A model generated the notes under the pieces. The model did no database searches. It was not told the origin of the DNA and saw only the letters and a program-made list of their open reading frames with translations. The translations under genes and the position numbers were made by a program. From contig JAZRUG010000032.1 in assembly GCA_045652425.1 (NCBI GenBank), forward strand, positions 43,846-107,845: DNA of 64,000 nt, read 5' to 3'. Positions 57,566-64,000 of this stretch are shown piece after piece; the first letter of the stretch is position 1, and every line of letters begins with the position of its first letter. Source of the DNA: Eubacteriales bacterium (GTDB lineage Bacteria > Bacillota > Clostridia > Oscillospirales > CAG-272).

Positions 57566-58267
57566 TTAAAATATTTTTTGATATTTTTTCATATCACTTT
57601 CTTTCGGAAGCGGAATTTCTGCGAAAGGAAAGTTAATATTCAACATATCATATTTGGTTATACAAATATTTTTGAATGGTAAAAGCTCAACTTTTTCAAC
57701 AACGCTATATTTATCGGCAATTTCTTTCAGCTTTACAAAATTTTCTTCGTAATCGTTAACCGTCGGAATAACCACCTGACGCAATATAGTTTTTATATTC
57801 ATCTCTTGAAGAGTATCAAGAAATTTCAAAACTTTATCCATATCACAGCCGACGTGCTTCTTATAAAGCTCGTTTTCGGTATATTTAATATCAAGCAAAA
57901 CTATATCTGTTTCTTGCAATAGTTTGATAACACTATCGTTAAGTATACTTCCCGATGTATCAAGACAGGTGTTTATACCTTCCAAATGGCAAAGTCTAAA
58001 CGTCTCATTTACAAAATCCGGTTGAAGCAAAGGCTCACCGCCCGAAAATGTTATCCCGCCTTCGTTCCCAAAGTATTCTTTGTATCTCTTTGCGCGATTT
58101 ACTATTTCTTCGGGTGAATATTCTTTCCCCTCGTTACAATTCCATGTATCCGGGTTATGACAGCACGAACATCGCAAATTACACCCTTGGGTAAACACAA
58201 CGAAACGAACTCCCGGACCGTCTAGGGTTCCGAGAGTTTGTATCGAATGAACATATCCTTTTATCAT
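57566..58267 (-). CDS. pflA: Pyruvate formate-lyase activating enzyme (radical SAM)
   Basis: 233 aa: [26 protein letters not shown] (CxxxCxxC cluster)...[15 protein letters not shown] overlap with the pflB stop. Confidence 0.92.
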   Translation of the reverse strand: MIKGYVHSIQTLGTLDGPGVRFVVFTQGCNLRCSCCHNPDTWNCNEGKEYSPEEIVNRAKRYKEYFGNEGGITFSGGEPLLQPDFVNETFRLCHLEGINTCLDTSGSILNDSVIKLLQETDIVLLDIKYTENELYKKHVGCDMDKVLKFLDTLQEMNIKTILRQVVIPTVNDYEENFVKLKEIADKYSVVEKVELLPFKNICITKYDMLNINFPFAEIPLPKESDMKKYQKIF

Positions 58268-60495
58268 AAAGCTTCGTGGAAGGTACGGCTGATAACTTCT
58301 TTCTGCTGTTCGCGAGAGAGCTTATTAAAGTTTACAGCGTATCCCGATACTCTTATTGTAAGATTTGGGTAACTTTCGGGATCTTCGTACGCCTTCATCA
58401 ACGTTTCTCTATTCAAAACGTTTATGTTAATGTGGTGCGCCTTCTTTGCAAAATATCCGTCAAGAATAGAAACAAGATTGTCAATTCTTTCATCTTCGGT
58501 TCTGCCGAGGGCTTGAGGTGTAATCGAGAAAGTATTAGAAATACCGTCGCGGCAATCGTCATAAGAAAGCTTTGCTACAGAGTTAAGACTTGCCAAAGCC
58601 CCGTTCTCTTCTCTGTTGTGCATGGGGTTAGCGCCGGGGGCAAAAGGCATACCTGCCCCTCTTCCGTCGGGAGTAGCGCCCGTATTCTTACCGTACATTA
58701 CGTTTGACGTAATTGTAAGAACAGATAGTGTGTGAATTGCGTTTCTGTACGTAGGTGTCTTACGAAGCTCTGTAATAACCTTGTGAGTCATTTCTTTTGC
58801 TATATCGTCAACTCTATCGTCATCGTTACCATACTTGGGGAACTCTCCCTTTGTATCAAATCCAACAACAAATCCTGCTTCATTAGTTATAGGTTTAACG
58901 TTTGCATATTTTATAGCACTCAAAGAGTCTGCAACAACGGACAAACCTGCGATACCAAACGCCATAAAACGTTCAACAGAAGTATCATGCAACGCCATTT
59001 GCGTCTTTTCATAAGCATATTTATCGTGCATATAGTGAATAACGTTCATAGTCTTAACGTAAAGCTCACTCAACCACTTGATATAAACATCATAACGCTC
59101 CATAACAGCATTATAATCCAACTTATCAACAGTCATAGCTTCCATTTGAGGACCGATATGCATATCGCTGTCTGCATCGTATCCACCGTTTATTGCAATA
59201 AGCAAAAGTTTTGCAAGGTTGCAACGAGCACCAAAGAACTGCATCTGCTTACCCACTCTCATTGCAGATACGCAACAAGCTATCGCATAGTCGTCGCCAT
59301 ATATAGGACGCATAACGTCATCATTCTCATACTGAATAGAGTCTGTATCTGCAGAAACCTTCGCACAGAATTTCTTAAAATTGTTCGGCAACTGATTCGA
59401 CCACAGAACAGTAAGATTAGGTTCGGGTGAAGAACCCAAAGTATAAAGTGTATTCAAAACACGGAAGCTGTTTTTTGTAACTAACGTTCTGCCGTCTTCG
59501 CCCATACCGCCTACCGCTTCGGTTATCCACATCGGATCTCCGCCGAAGAGTTCGTTATATTCAGGGGTACGAAGATGACGAGCCATACGAAGTTTCATTA
59601 CAAAATCGTCAATAAGCTCCTGTGCGCCCGTTTCATCAAGAATTCCGTTTTCAATATCTCTTTCAATATATATATCAAAGAATGTGCTTACACGGCCCAA
59701 GGACATCGCAGCACCGTTTTGCTCCTTAATTGCACCGAGATATGCAAAGTAAGTCCACTGTATAGCTTCTCTGGCATTACTTGCAGGTTGGCTGATATCA
59801 AAACCGTACATTTCAGCCATTTCTTTTAAGTATCCCAAGAAAGCAATCTGCTGATACAATTCCTCTGTGAGTTTAATGTTGTCCGCATTTAATACATCAC
59901 CGGCAAGAGCCCTTTTGTCTTTCTTCTTTTCCTCAATAAGCTTGTCTATACCGTACAAGGCAACACGTCTGTAATCACCTATAATTCTCCCTCTGCCATA
60001 CGCATCGGGAAGACCTGTGATAACGTGACATTTACGCGCGTCTCTCATCTCATCGGTATAAGCTCTGTATACGCCCTCATTGTGAGTAGTTCTGAATTTG
60101 AATTCTTCCTGAACTTTAGAGCTAAGCTTGTAACCGTAAGCTTCACAAGCCTGCTTAACCATTCTCATTCCGCCAAATGGATTAACGCCACGCTTTAACG
60201 GTCTGTTTGTCTGAAGTCCAACTATTATCTCATTATCTTTATCAAGATAACCGGGGGCAAATGCCGTTAAAGTTGAAACCGTCGATGTATCAATATCAAG
60301 AACTCCGCCAAACTGTCTTTCAATTGCAAAAAGAGCCTGAAGCTTCTTCATCAAAGCACTGGTTCTCTCGGTAGCTCCCGCTAAAAACGAGTAGTCACCC
60401 GTATATTCTTTATAGTTTGACTGTATAAAATCGCGAACGTCTATATTATCTTTCCAAAACGTTCCTTTAAACCCTGCCCAATTGTTGTGTTCCAT
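58264..60495 (-). CDS. pflB: Pyruvate formate-lyase (formate C-acetyltransferase)
   Basis: 743 aa from ATG 60495 (RBS AGGAGG). Active-site ACCVSAM and the C-terminal glycyl-radical motif [11 protein letters not shown]. Confidence 0.95.
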   Translation of the reverse strand: MEHNNWAGFKGTFWKDNIDVRDFIQSNYKEYTGDYSFLAGATERTSALMKKLQALFAIERQFGGVLDIDTSTVSTLTAFAPGYLDKDNEIIVGLQTNRPLKRGVNPFGGMRMVKQACEAYGYKLSSKVQEEFKFRTTHNEGVYRAYTDEMRDARKCHVITGLPDAYGRGRIIGDYRRVALYGIDKLIEEKKKDKRALAGDVLNADNIKLTEELYQQIAFLGYLKEMAEMYGFDISQPASNAREAIQWTYFAYLGAIKEQNGAAMSLGRVSTFFDIYIERDIENGILDETGAQELIDDFVMKLRMARHLRTPEYNELFGGDPMWITEAVGGMGEDGRTLVTKNSFRVLNTLYTLGSSPEPNLTVLWSNQLPNNFKKFCAKVSADTDSIQYENDDVMRPIYGDDYAIACCVSAMRVGKQMQFFGARCNLAKLLLIAINGGYDADSDMHIGPQMEAMTVDKLDYNAVMERYDVYIKWLSELYVKTMNVIHYMHDKYAYEKTQMALHDTSVERFMAFGIAGLSVVADSLSAIKYANVKPITNEAGFVVGFDTKGEFPKYGNDDDRVDDIAKEMTHKVITELRKTPTYRNAIHTLSVLTITSNVMYGKNTGATPDGRGAGMPFAPGANPMHNREENGALASLNSVAKLSYDDCRDGISNTFSITPQALGRTEDERIDNLVSILDGYFAKKAHHININVLNRETLMKAYEDPESYPNLTIRVSGYAVNFNKLSREQQKEVISRTFHEAL

Positions 60496-60509
60496 ATTTT
60501 TACCTCCTA

Positions 60510-60635
60510 AAAAACCAAAAAAAGGCAAATCAGCTTTTTTTACAAAACTGACTTGCCCAGACGGTCGGCGTTATTAACTTTTACATTCCACCGCAGTTAT
60601 TCTGCGTTTTTCCGTCAGTTATGTAAAAGCTGTAT
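60510..60635 (-). promoter_or_regulatory. ZTP riboswitch (pfl motif) with intrinsic-terminator expression platform
   Basis: Minus-strand leader: CUUUUACAU-AACUGACGG-AAAAA-CGCAG-AAUAA-CUGCG-GUGGA-AUGUAAAAG ... GCCGACCGUCUGGGCA. The P1 arms (CUUUUACAU / AUGUAAAAG), the P2 hairpin, the GACGG/CCGUC pseudoknot and the GCCGACCGUCUGGGC 3' subdomain match the ZTP consensus. As I recall it, they also match the Fusobacterium ulcerans ZTP RNA. A terminator follows: GGCAAGUCAG...CUGAUUUGCC + U7 (60517-60557), whose 5' arm overlaps the aptamer's 3' end. Confidence 0.88.
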
Positions 60636-60639
60636 GTTA

Positions 60640-60668
60640 ATTATACACGAGTTTAACGCATTTGTCAA
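60640..60668 (-). promoter_or_regulatory. Consensus sigma-A promoter of the ZTP-pflBA transcript
   Basis: Minus strand: TTGACA (60668-60663), 17-nt spacer, TATAAT (60645-60640). It lies directly after the GH13 stop codon. Confidence 0.75.
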
Positions 60669-62513
60669 TCACGATAACAAAATAAATCCGAATTTTTTTA
60701 TTAATTTTTTGTTACATTGATAATCGGTATTTTTATACAAAAGAACTTTCTTAAAACTGTCAACACAAAAATCGGTATCAGTTACGTTAATATAAGCAGT
60801 TAACGTAGCTTGTCCTACAGCTCGTTCTATTCTCAAAACACCGTCTTTCTCAACAAACACTTCGATATTTCCATTATTTAAAAGCTCCAAAGAAGCCTTA
60901 ATTGATGACAGTTCCTTGTAAAAATCAAGAATTTCGTTTTGTTCAGTCTTTGTCCAATCAAAAAAAGTTCTGCAAAATGGATCTTCAAACCCTTCGGTTC
61001 CAATTTCATCTCCATAGTAAATACAAGGATTGCCCGGAAGTATAAATTGCAAAAAAATTGCAACAATTAGTTTTTGCTTCGCTTCTTCAAACAGTATTTC
61101 AGTCATACGATAAACCGCTCTGTCCGTCTTGCTTGCAGGTATGTCATTAACCCCAAGAGCTGTAAGTATTCTTACTGTGTCGTGAGTCGACAAAATGTTC
61201 ATAAGCGAGTTAAGAACACTCCTAGGGTAGTTCTCGGCAATTGACATAACTGTTTCTCTGAAATTATTCCCTTTATCATAACCCTTTACAAAATCTATTA
61301 TCGCGTTTTTAAAAGGGTAATTCATAACCGAATCAAGTTCACCGTCAGTAAAATATTTTCGCCTTACACCATAACTGCATTTATTTGATGCATCTTCCCA
61401 AACCTCGCCTATAAGAAATGACTCTTCTTTTACTTCTTTCATTTTGTTTCTTAAAGCTAAAATAAATGAGTCGGGTAATTCATCAGCAACATCAAGTCTG
61501 AAACCATCAGCACCGAGCTTTAACCAGTGCGAAACAACACTGTCTTCATCATTAATTATATAATCTCTGTAACTATCATTATTTTCATCGACACAAGGCA
61601 AAGTCTTTATTCCCCACCATGCAGTATATTCATTCGGGTAATTTTTAAAATCAAACCATTCTCTATATTTTGAATCGACATCAGAAACAGCCCCATCACC
61701 GAATACACCTTCTGAATCAAAATATATACTGTTTGAACCTGTGTGAGAAAATACTCCGTCAAGTATAATCTTTATACCTGCGTTATGAGCAGTATCACAA
61801 AGGTTTTTAAAATCCGCTTCAGTTCCCAACATCTCGTCAATTTTTTTATAATCAGCCGTATCGTATCTGTGATTTGAATACGCCTTAAAAATTGGATTAA
61901 GATATATAATTCCAACGTTAAGTGATTTTAAATACTCTATCTTTTCTGTTATTCCCTTTAAATTTCCGCCAAAAAAATCATTATTCTGCACTATTCCCTT
62001 TTCATCGGGCAAAAAGTGCGGAATTTCGTCGGTCGAAATATGCAAAGAAAAAGGCTTTAACTTTTTTTCCGTATCACATTCACCCGATTTATAAAACCTA
62101 TCCGGAAAAATCTGATACATAACCTTACCTGAAAAACTATTACTAACATTAAAATCCAAAGGAATTACCGATAACTGCCAAAATTCTCCCTCTTCCATAT
62201 TGGTCATATCATAACCTTGCTTATAAAGGGAGAACTTTTCGTTCTCTGTTTCAATAACAAAATAATAGAAAAAAAGCCCCGATTTTGCAAAACAGATATC
62301 GCAAGAATATATTTCATATCCTTCGTATTCATCGGTTTTAAACATAGTATTAGATGAAAACCTGCTTCCGTCTTCTCTGTTAAATACAACATCAACGTTA
62401 ACAGTTTTACAATTTAAAGGTATATGAATATTTAATTCGCACCCTTCGCTTTCACGAAGGGTGCCAAATTTGGACTTATGTTTTTTATCTTTGCTGTCAA
62501 ATAAAATTCGCAT
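60669..62513 (-). CDS. Intracellular GH13 alpha-glucosidase/neopullulanase-type enzyme (cyclomaltodextrinase-like)
   Basis: 614 aa from ATG 62513 (a TTG at 62528 is also possible). It has an N-terminal E-set/CBM34-like domain, then GH13 conserved regions DGVFSHTG, GFRLDVADE, IGEVWED and LSTHDTVR. No signal peptide. Confidence 0.85.
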   Translation of the reverse strand: MRILFDSKDKKHKSKFGTLRESEGCELNIHIPLNCKTVNVDVVFNREDGSRFSSNTMFKTDEYEGYEIYSCDICFAKSGLFFYYFVIETENEKFSLYKQGYDMTNMEEGEFWQLSVIPLDFNVSNSFSGKVMYQIFPDRFYKSGECDTEKKLKPFSLHISTDEIPHFLPDEKGIVQNNDFFGGNLKGITEKIEYLKSLNVGIIYLNPIFKAYSNHRYDTADYKKIDEMLGTEADFKNLCDTAHNAGIKIILDGVFSHTGSNSIYFDSEGVFGDGAVSDVDSKYREWFDFKNYPNEYTAWWGIKTLPCVDENNDSYRDYIINDEDSVVSHWLKLGADGFRLDVADELPDSFILALRNKMKEVKEESFLIGEVWEDASNKCSYGVRRKYFTDGELDSVMNYPFKNAIIDFVKGYDKGNNFRETVMSIAENYPRSVLNSLMNILSTHDTVRILTALGVNDIPASKTDRAVYRMTEILFEEAKQKLIVAIFLQFILPGNPCIYYGDEIGTEGFEDPFCRTFFDWTKTEQNEILDFYKELSSIKASLELLNNGNIEVFVEKDGVLRIERAVGQATLTAYINVTDTDFCVDSFKKVLLYKNTDYQCNKKLIKKFGFILLS

Positions 62514-62515
62514 TA

Positions 62516-64000
62516 TTATAAATTCCAAATGTTCTCAGCATATTCGGTTACCGAACGGTCTGCCGAGAATACTCCTGCCTTTGCAATATTGGTAAGAGAC
62601 ATCTTCATAAACGCCTCTTTGTTCATATAAGTTTCCGATACAAGATTCTGCGCTCTAACGTAATCATCAAAATCTGCCAAAGCCATATACTGATCGGCAA
62701 CACCGTATCTATTTGTAAGAAGAGATGCTGCAACATCGTCAAAACGTCTGCCAAGCACACCGGAAGTCAGCATATTAACAACCTGACGAAGCTCTGAACT
62801 TTTTGCTATAAAGTCATTAGGATTATATCCCTTTCTCCAAAGTTCCTTGACTTCGTCAACATCCATACCAAACAAGAATATATTATCTTCTCCGACTTGT
62901 TCGAATATTTCAACATTCGCACCGTCAAGAGTACCCAAAGTTATGGCACCGTTTATCATAAGCTTCATATTGCCTGTACCTGATGCCTCTTTACCGGCAA
63001 TAGAAATCTGCTCTGATATTTCAGCTGCAGGAATAATCTTTTCTGCCAATGAAACTCTGTAGTCTTCAAGGAACACAACCTTAATTCTATTCTTAATAAC
63101 AGGATCATTGTTAACAAGTTCTGAAACTGCAGATATAAGGCTTATAATTTGCTTTGCAAGGTCATATCCCGCAGATGCTTTTGCACCGAAAATAAACGTT
63201 CTCGGTACGTAATTACCATTTGGATTATTCTTTATACGATTGTACATTGAGAGTATCTGTAATACGTTAAGCAACTGTCGCTTGTATTCGTGAAGTCTTT
63301 TTATCTGCACGTCAAATATTGAATCAGGATCAACGTTAACTCCATTTTTATGAGCGATATAATCCGCAAGTGCCAACTTATTCTCTCTCTTTATTTTCGC
63401 AAGATCGTTAAGAACTGAAGAATCATCACGGAATTTCAAAAGTTTTTCCAGTTCATTTGCATCTTTCTTGAAACCGTCACCGATAAGTTCTGAAATAAAT
63501 GACGTAAGCTTGGGATTAGCCTGACAAAGCCATCTGCGGTATGCAATACCGTTTGTAACATTTATAAAACGACTGTTGTCAAGATTGTAGTAATCATTGA
63601 AAATACTGTTCTTCAAAATTTCAGTATGAAGCTTTGATACGCCGTTAACCTTGTGACAACAAGCAAGACAAAGATTTGCCATACGAACTTCGCCGTCAGC
63701 AATTGGCGCCATATAATTGATCTTTGCAACATCACCGGGATATACTTTTTCAAGTTCGGATACAAGTCTTCTGTTTATTTCACAAACAATAGAATATACT
63801 CTCGGAAGCTGTTCATTAAACAACCATTCACTCCACTTTTCAAGAGCCTCGCTCATTACGGTATGGTTTGTATAAGACAAGGTCTTACAAGTAATACCCC
63901 AAGCGTTATCCCAACCATACCCATGTTCGTCCATAAGCAGTCTCATAAGCTCGGGAACACAAAGCGCAGGGTGTGTATCGTTAATGTGGATAGATACTTT
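62516..64000 (-). CDS. glgP: Alpha-glucan (glycogen/maltodextrin) phosphorylase, C-terminal ~495 aa; the N-terminus lies beyond the right window edge
   Basis: The frame stays open to position 64000 (KVSIHINDTHPALCVPELMRLLMDEHG...). The PLP-lysine motif is EASGTGNMKLMINGA. The ATG at 63946 listed in the track is internal. Confidence 0.92.
   Translation of the reverse strand, partial: KVSIHINDTHPALCVPELMRLLMDEHGYGWDNAWGITCKTLSYTNHTVMSEALEKWSEWLFNEQLPRVYSIVCEINRRLVSELEKVYPGDVAKINYMAPIADGEVRMANLCLACCHKVNGVSKLHTEILKNSIFNDYYNLDNSRFINVTNGIAYRRWLCQANPKLTSFISELIGDGFKKDANELEKLLKFRDDSSVLNDLAKIKRENKLALADYIAHKNGVNVDPDSIFDVQIKRLHEYKRQLLNVLQILSMYNRIKNNPNGNYVPRTFIFGAKASAGYDLAKQIISLISAVSELVNNDPVIKNRIKVVFLEDYRVSLAEKIIPAAEISEQISIAGKEASGTGNMKLMINGAITLGTLDGANVEIFEQVGEDNIFLFGMDVDEVKELWRKGYNPNDFIAKSSELRQVVNMLTSGVLGRRFDDVAASLLTNRYGVADQYMALADFDDYVRAQNLVSETYMNKEAFMKMSLTNIAKAGVFSADRSVTEYAENIWNL

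Noticed and set aside
58276-59829. Plus-strand ORFs of 143, 232 and 84 aa within pflB.
   Set aside because: They are antisense to a full-length PFL with its glycyl-radical motif. The translations are Cys/Ile/Asn-rich nonsense. They are shadow ORFs.
62514-62528. An alternative TTG start (MEFII...) for the GH13 gene, overlapping the glgP stop.
   Set aside because: It cannot be resolved from sequence alone. The ATG at 62513 is kept as the conservative call, and neither start has a strong Shine-Dalgarno.

Overview
A 64-kb chromosomal window from an AT-rich, spore-forming Firmicute. GC content was judged by eye, not computed. Gene content suggests a Clostridia / Ruminococcaceae-type anaerobe: alpha/beta SASP, YaaH-like cortex hydrolase, AddAB, pyruvate formate-lyase, and cohesin and dockerin modules. 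Most of the window is core metabolism and housekeeping. These genes are queA-miaA; dapA-dapB behind a lysine riboswitch; ahcY; pgk-tpiA; a complete hisZGDCBHAF(IE)K operon headed by a TrpR-like YerC gene; obg; ligA; trmB; an ABC-F ATPase; a ParE-like topoisomerase subunit; thyA-folA; rqcH-addB-addA; pflB-pflA behind a ZTP (pfl-motif) riboswitch; and an intracellular GH13 enzyme plus glgP. I found no rRNA, tRNA, CRISPR array, integrase, transposase or prophage signature. The stand-out accessory locus is a two-gene operon on the minus strand (3.6-12.3 kb). It encodes a 2309-aa lipoprotein-type subtilisin (S8) protease with many binding modules and a C-terminal dockerin. Twenty-nine nt downstream is a secreted protein with three cohesin-like modules and its own, different dockerin. 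I read this as a candidate cohesin-dockerin surface complex built around a protease rather than carbohydrate-active enzymes. Secondary curiosities are an ECF-type sigma factor with a ~380-aa cytoplasmic extension paired divergently with an XRE regulator around a perfect palindrome; a translationally coupled IMPase / membrane protein / GHL10 lipoprotein triad; an uncharacterised lipoprotein with an NlpC/P60-like Cys/His pattern; and a ~40-aa charged insertion in PGK. All calls come from reading the sequence and ORF translations. No database search was run.
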